Assembly (NCBI GenBank): GCA_013239625.1
Contig: MU054391.1
Span: forward strand, 4,671,824-4,735,823
Direction: 5' to 3'
Length of the DNA: 64,000 bases
Source of the DNA: Lama guanicoe
Taxonomy: Eukaryota
Shown here: one piece after another, positions 24,332 to 36,640 of the stretch
Layout: each line of letters opens with the position of its first letter
How positions within the stretch are numbered: the first letter of the stretch is position 1
Notes under the pieces: model-generated
What the model saw: the letters and a program-made list of their open reading frames with translations, nothing else
Told to the model about the DNA's origin: nothing
Databases searched by the model: none
Translations under genes and position numbers: made by a program

Positions 24332-25629
24332 TTGGGGGTAGGCCACCTCAGACGCTTTTGCAGAGGGAGTGATGTAATAAAGTATAAAGGTTTAAAGCTG
24401 ATCTCCTTTCACCGGGATATGTTTAACAAGGCAGAGGGAGGAATAAATCCACTGTCCCGGTGGTGGCAGTGACTGGGGCTCCTTCGCGCACTGGGAGTCT
24501 GTCTGTCCTGACTCCAGATGCCCGTGACTTCTGGGGGGAGGCGGGGGTCTTCTGCACCCACTGAAGGAAAGAGAAGCCAGTCAGTGAGCAAACAAATTCT
24601 TTGCTGAAGAAATCCTGAACAGGGGGCTAGAGCTCCCACCTACTCTGAAAACAATTTCGGTCACTCTAAAGAGGGAACAAAATAGGACAGGAGAAATTAG
24701 TAAATGCTTAACTGGTAAAATGGGCAAGCACGTCTGGGCATAGTCGGAAATTCACAAGGATTATTCTTTCTCTTTGGCTGACGCCAGTCAGTGCTGTCTG
24801 CCCAGCATCCCTGCTCCCTGCCTCCTCTGGTAGAAATGAGCCGTACAGTTCCATCCTCTTGGCCACAGGCACGGGAGTGGGGTTGAGAGCCTGCACAGAC
24901 CATTCAGATCCTGCCTTGGCATCTGCGACCTGGACACTTGGAGAGAGCAGCAGTGTCATCTCTAAGGCCCCGCTCTGGGACGGCAAGCCCACAGCTGCTG
25001 ACTAGGGCGCTTCTCACTGCTGAAAGGGAGCTCGTCCGCAGGCCAAGAAAAAGAGAGAAGCTTAGCGATTATTTCTTGAGTTTCTGTGGCCTGCAGCTGA
25101 AAGAACCCTGACTAGCACGGTCTGATTTTACAAGGCGGGGCGAGAAGCCCTGACAGGCAAAGTAACTTCCCACAGTCACAGCGAGGAGACCCCGGACCCC
25201 CCTAGAGCTGACCCCGGGGAAATGAGTGACCGACACCTCTCATGCGTCCCCTCCCAGCCCTCCATCTCTTCTCCTGCCCACTCTTGCTCCAGAGTCGCAG
25301 TGACAGAAAAGACTACATCGCTCCTGGAAACCTCCTAAAAATTCTCCAAACTGAGAATCCAGCCATCCTCGGAGCCCTGCTTCTGGTTGTACATATTAAC
25401 ACATTTCTCGTCCTTTAATAAAGGACTTCGGTGGTGAGATCCTGCATTTATTCAAACAGTGCTTTGTACTTGCCTGGGCCCCTCTCTTGCTGAAACCTCC
25501 CCAGTGGCTTTGCAAAAATCGCAGCCGACTCCAGTCAGTCCCCTCACGAGGAAGGTGACAGTGGGGTGACCTTTCCCCAGGTCCTCTTAGCTGGACGGAG
25601 ACGTGGCGTCTTGGTTCACACCGCTCTGG

Positions 25630-25840
25630 GGGAGCCTCAGGCTCAACCCCTGGATTACGCATCAGTTAACCCCTGTGACGTGGAGTCGGTCACTCCCTGC
25701 CCCAAACTTCTGTTTTCTTCTCTCTTAAAATGGAGAGGGCAGCCATGGGTGTTTCAGGACACAACTGTGAGGAGTCTGTGAAATCGCGTATTCTCGGCAC
25801 CTCACACAGGTCTCGGTGCGTCGCGGGTCCTCGTTGATGT
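25630..25840 (+). mobile_element. MIR SINE
   Basis: ctgtgacgtggagtcggtcactccctgcccc...ctgttttcttctctcttaaaatggag...ctgtgaggagtctgtgaaat. Confidence 0.55.
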
Positions 25841-26179
25841 TAATTGCCTCCTCCTTCCTGTCCCGGCTGATTAGGAAAAGACTGCTTCGCAAGATGCAGG
25901 ATCCTACCTGCTTCCCGAGTAAGCTACACAGGATGATCATGCCCTCACATACATAAATATACATGAGACGGAGGGTGCGGCATCATTAGCATAATGAATA
26001 TTCTAATTATGGCGTGGACATTAAAGCTGGCACCAAACATTAATCCCTGGGGAATGCCAATCGCCAAGGATGTCATTACCAACCTGTGACCGGGTGTACT
26101 GAGAGGACCGAACTTGTGAAATCAAGGAGCCATCACACTTCTCAAAACACAGGAGGAGATCAGCTACAACAGCGCACTA

Positions 26180-26206
26180 ACACACACACACACACACACA
26201 CACACA
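26180..26206. repeat. (CA)n microsatellite
   Basis: Direct reading. Confidence 0.9.
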
Positions 26207-27624
26207 TCACAGAGTCCCTTTCCTGCCGAGCCACTGTGCCATCATTTCTCTTCTCTTATAACGTTACTGCAGGGACAGGTGAGGTGAGGGCCGTGAATTT
26301 AACCAGCACCGCTGATGGAGGCTTTACGTGGACCAGATGCTGGCTGGGACATTTCCCCACATCACCTGTGGCTTGTTTCTCGAACAGCTGGACGAGGTTC
26401 TCTTAGTAGCTCAGTCCCGTTCTGTGCATGGGACAAAAGACAAGTGAAGTGACAAGAACTGTAACCAAAACAAGAGCTAACACTGCTGCTTGGTTTCGGG
26501 CGGCACTTCTGGAATTGTTTGCGTAGGTCATCACTTCCCTTACTGCCCTGTTGCCCATAAAGGCACTGACACTCAGCGAGTCATACGGCGAACCAGTGGT
26601 GGAGCCAGGACCCACACCCGGGTTGTTGTTCCCAGAGGGCAGGTGGAAATGCCGACAAGCGCTTCCCACCTGTGCCGGCTCACACGGGTCCATGTCAGGA
26701 AGCTCTGATCAAACCCAGTCCCAACAGACCCCAGCCTATACCTCGCACCGGTATTTCCAGAGTTCAGAAGTTAATTTGACATAATTTATTATGGTTCCTT
26801 TCAAGAGAATATAGGAACAGCTGGCTGCAAAACTGAACCCTTGAGCACTGATTTAAGGATTTCTGCTAAGCCAGAGCGCAGTCTTCTCTGGGGCATAAGA
26901 GGTCTGTCCCCAGCACAACTGGCATTCAGATTCAGTAACTCAGATGGATGTAAAGGCGGTCACAGATTATGTTTAAGGAAGACACAAAGATGGACTGGAG
27001 AATGTGCAACAGATCGGGAAGTCTGTCTGCAGGGAAGCTGGCTCTGACGTTGACTCCACCCCTGCCAGGTACCGAGCCAGCTGCGTTACCCTGTTACAGC
27101 CCCTGAGATAAAACTGCGGGTGAAGAGAGACAAAGGCAGACTCTGCAGTGGGTTAAAGAAATCAGGGTGAGGAGGGAGTCACATGGCCTCATCGTGGCTC
27201 CTGGGGCAAGTCTGGGAGTTCAGTTCACTGCAAACGAAGGCTGTTAGGAGCACATTTCTCCTTCCAGTCCGTCTGGGAAGTCATAGGTGTCAGACAGCCA
27301 CTGATGCTCAGGTGGCCCTGGAGCTGGGGGCCATGGAAGGAGGAAAGCCAAAAGATCCAAACATCAGGGTCTCCCTGGGGACCTTTTGCCAGAAAACCGC
27401 CCCCTTTCTTCTCAAAGGATCCAGGGCTGGGAGCAGGTGAGCGCTGGGACTGCGGAGGGAGGCAGAGACCTACCCTGGGGAAGCAGGTGTCCCCTCACCT
27501 AAGGGGAAGCCAGAGAAGGTGATGGATGGATGGGGTCTCAGTGGGATCTCGCTGGCCCAAGCATAGAAAATCAATGTCAGGCGAGCAGAATTGAAGGCAG
27601 AGAGACAAGCAGGTGATTTGAATA

Positions 27625-27762
27625 GGAAATCCAAACAAGCAGATAAAAATAAACTTATTTATACGCAGAAAGAGACTCGCAGACACAGAGAGCACACTAT
27701 GGTTACCCGGGGGGAAGGCGGGAGGGATAAATTAGGAGTTTGGGATCAGCAGATACACACAT
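27625..27762 (+). mobile_element. L1 3'UTR fragment
   Basis: aaacttattta...agagactcgcagacacagagagcacactatggttacc...gggataaattaggagtttgggatcagcagatacacac; homologous to ~48985-49100. Confidence 0.75.
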
Positions 27763-29011
27763 TCACTCATGTGTCATTATTCAGCTAATGCACTTGATTG
27801 ACAGGTGACAGGTGACCTGCCTCCAGCTCCAGGACAGAGCACGTGGTCCAGGCTTAGACACAGCACCTTGCTTGGTACAAAGACAGACAGAGAGGACTGA
27901 AATTGAGCCCGGATGTTTGCTGGAGCCTTCTGGAAAGAGGGCCCGATCTTAAGCCAGACCCATGTGGATGTAAGTGCAGAGATATGTGGTGATGGCCTGA
28001 AGCAAAACTCAGACGAAACCAGAGACACATGCAGAGCTGAGGCCCCAGGTCACCTCACCAGCCTGGAGGTGAGCCCAACTCCCAGGTCGGTTCCGTTAAG
28101 CCCTTCCCCCAGCCTCTCCCGCCTGCTCTGGGAGGCGTTCTGTCCTAGCCCTGGAAGAATCCCGACTAACAGATCGCCCCCGGGGCTCCGGTCACCGTCC
28201 CCGCCTCCACAGATCCTCTCGCCCCTGGGAAGGGCGGCGAGCACCCAGCAGCCTCACTTCTGCGGGGTAGAAGATGTGCTACTTCGCATTTGTCTCTGAT
28301 GCCTTCTTGGCTGCATCCGGGGCACCTGGGTCAGACAAGTGTCTCATTCTACCTTCTCCTGGGATTCCCGCAGCCTGACTCGGTGAGGGTAATAAACGCT
28401 CAATAAATAGGACTTCCCAGGTGCTTACAGCCTAGTGTAACTTTAGATGCTCTGCCTTCTTTCTCAATAGAATCTTTTCCCCAAAACAACTCCCGTTCAT
28501 TCCCCAGCCTTGGAAAGGCAGCATTCCTCAAAGTAGCCCTAATCATTCTCTTGAGCACTTACTACGTCCTGGGCATCGGTGCCGTGTACAGGCGAGGCGA
28601 TGCAGAATCAGTGTGACAGGGAGCCCACCTAGTTGAGGGGAACAGGTTACAGACACACACCCCACGGAGTGAGAAAGGTCAGGGCAGAGGACGAGGGTGC
28701 TGCAGGGCCCCAAGGAGGAAGCACCAGCTCCACCTCTTTGATCCATCTCACCTCTCGGTCCCCCGTGCTATGCTGGAGGGTAAAGACGTGTGAACAGACA
28801 GTGAAATTCAAGGACCGTTTTATCAGAGAACAAATATTGAAATCCATCAGTCACGGCCTCCAAGGAAACACTGAGACGTGAAGTAAATCTAAAGATACAC
28901 GAAAAAGTACACACTCTTACTGCACCATAAATAAATAGGTTTGACAGATGTTCCCAGAGTTGGCAGCTTGTTACCAGATGCCACAAACTTGTGGCTCCAC
29001 ACATCTTCTTA

Positions 29012-29285
29012 CTCTTTTTCTTTATTGAAGTGTGGCCGGTTTACAATGCTGTGTCAGGCTCTCATGCACTGCATCATGTTTCAGTCACACAGATGCATGC
29101 ATACATTCGTTTTCATATTTTTTTCATTGTAGGTTGCTGCAAGGTATTGAATAGAGCTCTGCAGTAGAAACCTGTTGTTTATCAATCTTCTAGACGGTAG
29201 TTAGTATCTGCAAATCTCGAACTCCCGATTTATGCCTTCCCACCCCCACCCCCTACCCCGGGAACCCTTCTCTGTCTGTGAGTCT
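29012..29285 (-). mobile_element. Truncated L1 3' end
   Basis: ttattgaagtgtggccggtttacaatg...gtagttagtatctgcaaatctcgaactcccgattta...ctgtctgtgagtct. Confidence 0.8.
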
Positions 29286-29699
29286 CACGTTTTCATTTGA
29301 AAACTGATGTATGCAAGAGAAGATGGCAGCACTGTATGTTCAGAAGACTATAGCTGTAACCCCAAAAGTGTGTCATCTCAGCCCCCTAGTTCCCCAGGTT
29401 CAAGCAATCAGTCCCAGTATGCTCGCTCCCCTCCCTGAAATCCCATAGCAAATTCATTCAACACATCCTAAAGAAACACCCACATCCCCTGCACATGCCA
29501 AGCAACCTGCTTGGCGCTAAGTTCAGCAGGTTTGTTCCCGGGACTCGGATCTGGTGGCAGGTCGAACCGAGAGGCGTGTGTGGATCACTTGCTAAGCAGC
29601 GTGACCACACTTACCATGGGTCTAGAAGGCTGTCACAGCATCGTCAGATCCAGCACTGTTTTGTTGTGTATTTACAGTATCTGCCTGGTAACACCACGG

Positions 29700-30130
29700 C
29701 CCCCACTTTGGGGAAGGACTCGGCTGTACTTTTCGAGGTCCCCCAGCCACTCTCAGGCTGGGTGGTGAGGGTCGGACTGGTAAGCTGCTGGAGTCCCCAG
29801 GGGGATGGACCTGATACAGGCCAGTTAGAACCGGAGCAGCTTCTCCAGAAAGCCGGAGGAAAACAGGACACTGACGTTTTCTTCTGGTTTCTCTGATCTG
29901 GGGGATGCAAGGCTGAAGTCATCGGGATCCACTGTGTGGAGGACCTGCAGCAGAGCACAAGGCCACCTGCTGGCAGAGGCCAGGTCCCGATGACTGCTGG
30001 CACCCATTTTCCCAGCTCTAGTCACATGAGCTGGGTGACCCAACCCTTAACTTTTCAATTGCGTGAATCAGTAAATTCCCTTCTTGGGTTAAACTGCAGA
30101 AGCGAATGTGTGTTGCCATCAAAGCATCTA
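29700..30130 (+). mobile_element. MaLR LTR remnant (MLT1J/K-like)
   Basis: 3' end cttttcaattgcgtgaatcagtaaattcccttcttgggttaaac...ttgccatcaaagcatc. Confidence 0.45.
29961..29976 (-). promoter_or_regulatory. CTCF core motif match
   Basis: Minus strand reads ctgCCAGCAGGTGGCc, fitting the CCASYAGRKGGC core; binding untested. Confidence 0.4.
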
Positions 30131-33100
30131 CATTAACAATGTGCTGAATGCACTTGACTCTGGGGTTATTAATCAATTAGAGCAAGAGCCATGTATCTTT
30201 CCCTGTGTCCTCCACACCTCGCACCGTGCTCCCCAGCAGACCACGCAGTCCACACTCACCCTCACTGAGGGCGGACTCCACAGCTCGTGACCTCAAAAGG
30301 TCATTCACACGCTGTTCCCAGGCAGGATCCACACCTCTGCTCAAAGCGTTCCGGCAGAAGGGCCAACGACTGGGCCGGGGGAGCCCAGGATGGATCTGTT
30401 CCTCAGCCTGGTGAGTTCTCCCAAGCACCAGCAGGCTCTGGGGAGCTAAGTTCCGATAAAACTCGCAGGAGAAGAATGAAAACAGATGGTAATTTACTAA
30501 TAACCATGATAGCTGCCAATCATCAAACAGCTACCATGAGACAGAATCTCAGCTACACACTGACACATCTGATCTCTGTTTCCTCTCATGAGCTCAGGAA
30601 TGAAAAAAAAATCTCACATCCACCTTCACTTTCACGGAGGGTCGTGACAGCCAAGGACAGTTTTCCAAGCAGATGCTACCTGCGCATGCAGCCTAAGCTA
30701 TGGGGCCCATCACTACAAGCACCTTTCCAGGGCTCCGCACGCTCTCCTCCTAGATGTGCAGAGGGACCAGCACCTCCAGCCCCTCTCTCGAACCATGCAG
30801 CTCAGCCCCAGCCTGAAGGTCTCCCTCTCTGCCCTGGAGATGGTCGTGGGGATGGACAGAGAGAGACCTCAGGCTGCAGCCTTGTGGCCACATTGGCCAG
30901 CCCACGGCAGCAAGCTGGCCCCGACTGGGTGTCCCGGCCCTGGGTCTGACCGTCAGGGACAATATGGACAGCAGCTGTCTTCCCTATTGGCCCTGTTCCA
31001 TGCTTGGTGACCAGAGGTGCAAGGACCTGGCTGAGCGGGACCAACTGCTAAGGTGGCAGTGCACTAGCTCAAGCCTCGAGGGAGATGAAGGCTGCCGGTC
31101 TCCCAGCTCTGCCGTAGCCGCTCCTCCTCCCCGCCCCCAAGGTATCATCACCAGCTCGGACAGAGTCCTCCCAAAATGGCCAATAAGCTGAAACAAGCAT
31201 CCACTGGCCACAGCATGAGAAAGACTGAATCCTCTTTCTACTCAATCAACAGAAAATCATTTTATAAAACTTTTGTCATATGAAGAAGCAATCAAGAAAC
31301 ACACAGCCAAAACACCTAGGGAAGAAAGGGACCACGGAGGTGTATTGGGCAGGTAACTAATACCATCACGCTATTCTGAACCTTTGTCGTGACTGTGGTC
31401 ATCGTGACCATCACGGTGGCCGGGCAGCCCGCTGGGAGGCTATGAAAGCTGAGACGGTCTCCTCGCCGTCCTTTCTGTGTAGCAGCCGCCTGTGCATGAG
31501 AGACAAGACCGACCTCCCACCTTTATGCCTACGCTCGCATCAAACCGGCTTCTACCTGGCTCAGGTAACCACGTCCCTGCACCTGGACCTCATGCGTCCT
31601 GCTCTCTGCTGCCAAGCACAATGACGGCTAAACAGTGAAGCTGTGAAAGCTTTTTAATGATTTAAAAGACACTAAGAAAGAGATCATGGAGGTTCACCAA
31701 ATATTGGCACCCATGGTCATCCTGTAGTTTTGAAACACAAGAAACAAATATTTATTTTTAAGCAGAAAGTCTGCTTTAAAAAAAAAATACAGCATTGACT
31801 AACTGCAAGCACTCCCCAGGGACTTGGAAATCAGTAACATATGACCTCTCTCTTTTTTTTCCCCCTTCGGTAAAGAAATTCAGTAATCATGTCGCTGCTA
31901 ATGCGAACTACTCAGGATAGTATCCAGCCTCAAAATTCAATCAAGAGCCACTGAAAGTCACCTGCTCCCCTCTGGAAGGTCTATTACGTTTCTTCCTCCA
32001 TCACGAGCAGAAGTGTAAACATAAGAGAAAAAATGCGTTGAGGGCACAGTTATGGGGGGTGCTCTTCCAGGTTCTTCTGTTAAGCAAATTACAGAAATGA
32101 TTTTTCATCCAAGGGTTGAGATTAATGTAATAAACCATAATCAAATACGATGTGGAGAAATCAGATACACTGATGTTAGATAAACACACTAAGCAAACTT
32201 TCACTTACCGAAGAACAAAGGAGTGAAAGGACAATGAGGGAAGGTTACATAACTTCTCTGTTAAACATGGATGAAGACACGCCCACGCCGTGCCTTACAA
32301 AAGGCCACGGACTCACTTACGTGTATGTGGCTGTTCACGTTGAAACATTAAAAATACTGTGGGTACTCAGCATTGCTCTATAATTTATGGAATCATATTA
32401 AACTGTTGTACTTTCTGATCGTGCTAACTTTAATTCTGAAGTAATAATCACATCAATCTACCCAAAGAGCCTAACTTCATAAACTACATGTGGAGAATAT
32501 TCCTGAAATTTCTATCACTAAGAATATGACATATTTAGCACCACCTGATGGTACACAAGAGAGATGAGAATGGGCCTTAATATTTGAATCATGCAAAGAA
32601 AAATTATAATTTTTATATAAATGTATATGTTTTACAACACAGAGCCCTTTAAGGGTTTCAGCATGTGGCATCAATTTTCCTAGAAATTGAAAATTTTTAA
32701 GAGATTTTCATGTAAAATCTACCAAAATTATATTTATATAGAATATAAACTACAACTACCTGAGTATAAGAATTCACAAATCCCCTCATTATTTCTCCAA
32801 ATAAAACAATTTCATTTGATCATCTAAGTTAAATGTATAAATGATATAAAATTATGTATTTAACAAAAATTCTTAAATTGCTAAGAAATATGTGCCAAGA
32901 GAGAATACTAAATATTACACATGTTGCAGTAACAAAAGCTTTCCAAAATTTGAATTTCTCTATACTTAAACACAAATATTTTTAAAACAGGATGGAAAGC
33001 TCCAGTTTTAATACAGAGAAATAAAGAAGATATTTCAACCCTCTTGCAAAATCCACCTGTAGGTTTTCACAAAACTCAGATTCATAGGCAATGCCAAACC

Positions 33101-33619
33101 ATGCTGGATGAGGAATGAAAATGAAATGTAGTGATGGTCAAACAGGAGAGGGGACTCCATGGCTGCGGACTTTAGACAAGGCTGAGAGGATAAAGTGGCA
33201 GATGTCAAGGGTCAAACTGACCCCCTTTCTTGGGGAGAGCAGGCAGAGGTGGGAAGTGGGAAGTTCCCATGGACTGATTTTGGAACAAAAGGAGAGCAGG
33301 ATATGGTGGGCTGGACGGGAAATCAGTCAGACCCACCATGTATGCAGGAAGCCGTCTGTCAATGAGGCAGGAAGCAGAAGAGAAACTCAGCATGATGGGC
33401 AGAGTGGCTCCGGAACATTTTAGACAATTTTGAAAGTAAAGGCTGGAAAGAATGCTCTCGAAGGCCCTGTGTCCTCTGAAGAGCTCCTGCTGAGTCTCCT
33501 ACCCTCCACTCTGTCACTTTGGAATGAGCTAGGCCAGAAGGAATTTGCCCCCTTCAGATATAACAAATGACCAAATAGGATCCAGCACTTCGATCTATTA
33601 AAAAAAAAAAATACTGCAT

Positions 33620-35790
33620 GACAAGGAAGTAAAACATTGTCAACATGTATTTTAAAAAACTAGAAAGCAATCTCCTTGCCAAAACATGACCTCAAAGCTG
33701 ATACAGGTGCTCAGAGAATCCACGGTTTTACAACAACAGGAGATAAAACAGGTTGATAGAGCTCAGAAAAGATGTGGGAGAGAAAAATGAAGCCATCATG
33801 GAAATGAAGGCCACACCGACAGCAGTTCTGAAAAGTAAAGAAACTGCTGGAAATCCAGCCAAAGACACAGCCACCAAAAGGCTGAGAAGCACAATCAAAA
33901 TAAAATTTAAATAATCGAAGGATCAGGAGGGACTAGGGAGAAAATGAAAGATAAGGAAGATAAACCAAGAGATCCAACATATGTCTAACTGGTACCCCCC
34001 ACCCCGGGTGGAGTCAGGCAAAATGCATAGATTTAAATAGATATTTTATTTCCGGAAATAAAAAGTTTTATTACACAGAACCAAAAGACATGTCCAAGGA
34101 AAACCTGATGGGGTCAATGGACACATTGAAGAAATAGAAGCGTAAGTACGTTCTATAAACCAGTACAAAAACCACGAGCACAAAAATGCAAAACTCAGAC
34201 ATTACGGAAAGATGTATACACAGACCAAAGTAATCAGACCACACAAAAATCAAGTAATTCCCAAAAGCAGAAATAATGAAACTAAATCCCTTGATCACAA
34301 AGAACAAACTAGAAATTAACAGTGAAACTTAAACACACCAAAAAAAAAAAATTCCTCACCACTAGGAGACAAACAGTTTCAATTCATGGTCAAAGAAGTA
34401 ACCAAAACTGGAATTTTACTATAACTGGAAAGCTGCAATAATTTAAAAAGCTGTGTAGCAGAGCTCATGGTTACACGCACAGCAGGGCTGAGAGAAAAAG
34501 GCGTAGCACGGTTTGTAGACATTAGTAAACAGAAAAAAACAAAAACACAGAATGGCTCATCCAGTGAAAGATGATCGAAAACAGACAAGAAAATAAAGCT
34601 GAGAATAAAAGAAGGAAGGAATTAATAAGCATAAACTGTGAAATTAATTAGAAAACTGAAAAACAATAGTAGTGATAAATCCAAGAGCTTACATAAATAA
34701 ATAAGCTATGAATGAGCCTAATTTTAACAAATTAGAAAGCACAAGTAGGCACTGTAAGAAATGATCAGGGGAGAAATTCTAGGAATCATACAAGACCACT
34801 TATCTTTGTGGCTTTAACTAAGAATTGAAGTTGAAATATTATTTTCTGGAAAACATAAATTACCAAACTGCACGTCAAAAAAATTAAGAATCCAAAGTGA
34901 CTCCATTACTCCAGAGGAAACAGAATTGTTAAAGAGCTAGGACCCCCCAGGAGCAGTGAGCCCAGACAGTTTGACACGAGAAGTCCAGCAAACCCTTAAG
35001 AAATAGGTCAGCTCCAGTGTTCGTTCAGACTATTCTAGATCACGGGAAAGTAAAGGAGGCTGGCAATCCTTTTGTTTTTCCTTCAAGCTAGCATAACGCT
35101 GATTGAAAATAGCAACACTAACAACAAAGAAGACATGAAAGCTCTCATTTATGAATACCAGTTCAAAATTCTTGACAAAATATTAAAAGAAAAATGTACA
35201 ACAACCAAGTAACATTAAACTCAAATGCAAGAATGGTTAAAATTTATTGTCAATCATTGTAAACCATCATATGACTATATCAAAAGGAAAAAAACTCAAA
35301 TGATTGTCTCCATATGTGATAAAGAAGCATTTTGTATGCATTACTAGCCATTTTTAATAAATATTCTTAAGTATACGGAAAAGTAGGTGATTCCTCAATA
35401 TGACATAAAAATATAATATCTATCAAAAGAACGTCAGCCAAGTCTGTCTGTGTGCATATTCAGTTTACGTGTGCGTCAACCCAAAAGTGAGCAACGTGTT
35501 TAGGAGAGAAAATCCAGTAACTTCCAATTCAGCCAAGGAAAAGGAAGGAACGTCCACCAGCACAGCTAGGGACATCGTTCTAGCAAGAGAAGCCCATCCG
35601 GTTTGATAAAAGGAATAGAAATGAAGTGTGCAAATGAGAAAGAGGAGTTCAGATTTTATGACCTCTAACTTAGAAAATAAAAGGGAATCGTTCAAAAACT
35701 GTCACAAACAATAGGAAAAAAATTATAAGATGCAAATTTTACGTAGAGAAATCATTGTTTTTAAAAATAACGACTAGTTTGATGAGATTC
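33620..35790 (+). mobile_element. Old, highly degenerate L1 (ORF1/ORF2 remnant)
   Basis: A-rich plus strand; gagcccagacagtttgacacgagaagtccagcaaacccttaagaaa...agctagcataacgctgatt corresponds to ORF2 GPDGFTGEFYQTFKE...ASITLI; atgcaagaatggtt; atgattgtctccatatgtgataaagaagcatttt. Confidence 0.75.
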
Positions 35791-36479
35791 AATGTACCCC
35801 CGTGGACCAAGTTCACGCTGAACTCCAGCTTTCAAGCTGGAGTAAAATTAGCAGAGTTCTGAACTATTTATACATAGTAAGTTACCATTTGTGCCTCACT
35901 CCCTCCCAGAAATAAACTGTGTAGACACATTGGCTTCTAGACACAGAGACTGTCTCCAGCAGGTCAGACAAGACCTAACTGTGTTTGCCTCTGAGGAAGG
36001 GGCTTTGGGAAGTGGGAATCTGCAATGGGAGGGAGGCTCACTTCCATGGCATTCTAGAGGTAGCTTTGAATGTTGTATTATATGCATGTAAGAACCATCC
36101 AAAATATAAATAACATCTATTTTTATCGATAGGAGAGTGACGGATTCTTTCTGGCAGTGTTTCTCATTTCACGGTCAGTGCTTAAGGCTTCTTATCTCTG
36201 GAGCCTTAAAAGTCTCATAAAATTCTGGATCTCAAAACTTATACCTCAGTAACTGTAGGAAAAAAGCAATAACTGTCCTGTCCTTCTCTTACAACAACAT
36301 TTAAAGTTGTTTTAAATTGAAAAACAGAGCGCCATCTATTTCTATGTTATTTTTGACCATAAAACATATTAGCATCATTATAGCGTGATGGTCTCATCCT
36401 TTTCAGAGTACTTTGCCTTGTTCAGAGCAGAGGCGGGTAGTCTGCATGTCACCCGGTGGCCAGGTGGCTGGGACTCAAA

Positions 36480-36640
36480 GCCCACCCTGTGTGCACCAGC
36501 TGAGGACCCGGGGCAAGTCTGCAACCTCACGTCGCAGATGCCCCGTCTGCACAATGGCGATCACAGTTTCCTGTGGTGAGAATTGTGTGAGTTAATTCTT
36601 ATAAAACGTTAAGAGTGACTAGCCCACGGTAAGTGGGAGA
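36480..36640 (+). mobile_element. MIR SINE
   Basis: ccagctgaggacccggggcaagtc...ccgtctgcacaatggcgat...tgtggtgagaatt...cacggtaagtg. Confidence 0.6.

Noticed and set aside
23783..24346. 187-aa Thr/His-rich ORF and overlapping Cys/Val ORFs
   Set aside because: Translation of the TG minisatellite.
30287..30949. 220-aa ORF, the longest in the track
   Set aside because: Non-ATG start, low-information composition, no recognisable homology; expected by chance in GC-rich DNA.
31483..31564. Possible plus-strand exon (tgtgtag|...cag|gtaacc)
   Set aside because: Mediocre splice sites, unrecognised translations, no partner exons.
32620..33010. Very AT-rich block faintly resembling a hAT transposase end
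   Set aside because: Similarity too weak to call by eye.
35822..35843. 10-bp hairpin actccagctt-tc-aagctggagt (also a 9-bp one at 51813-51833)
   Set aside because: Short stems of this size are plausible by chance in 64 kb; no supporting context.
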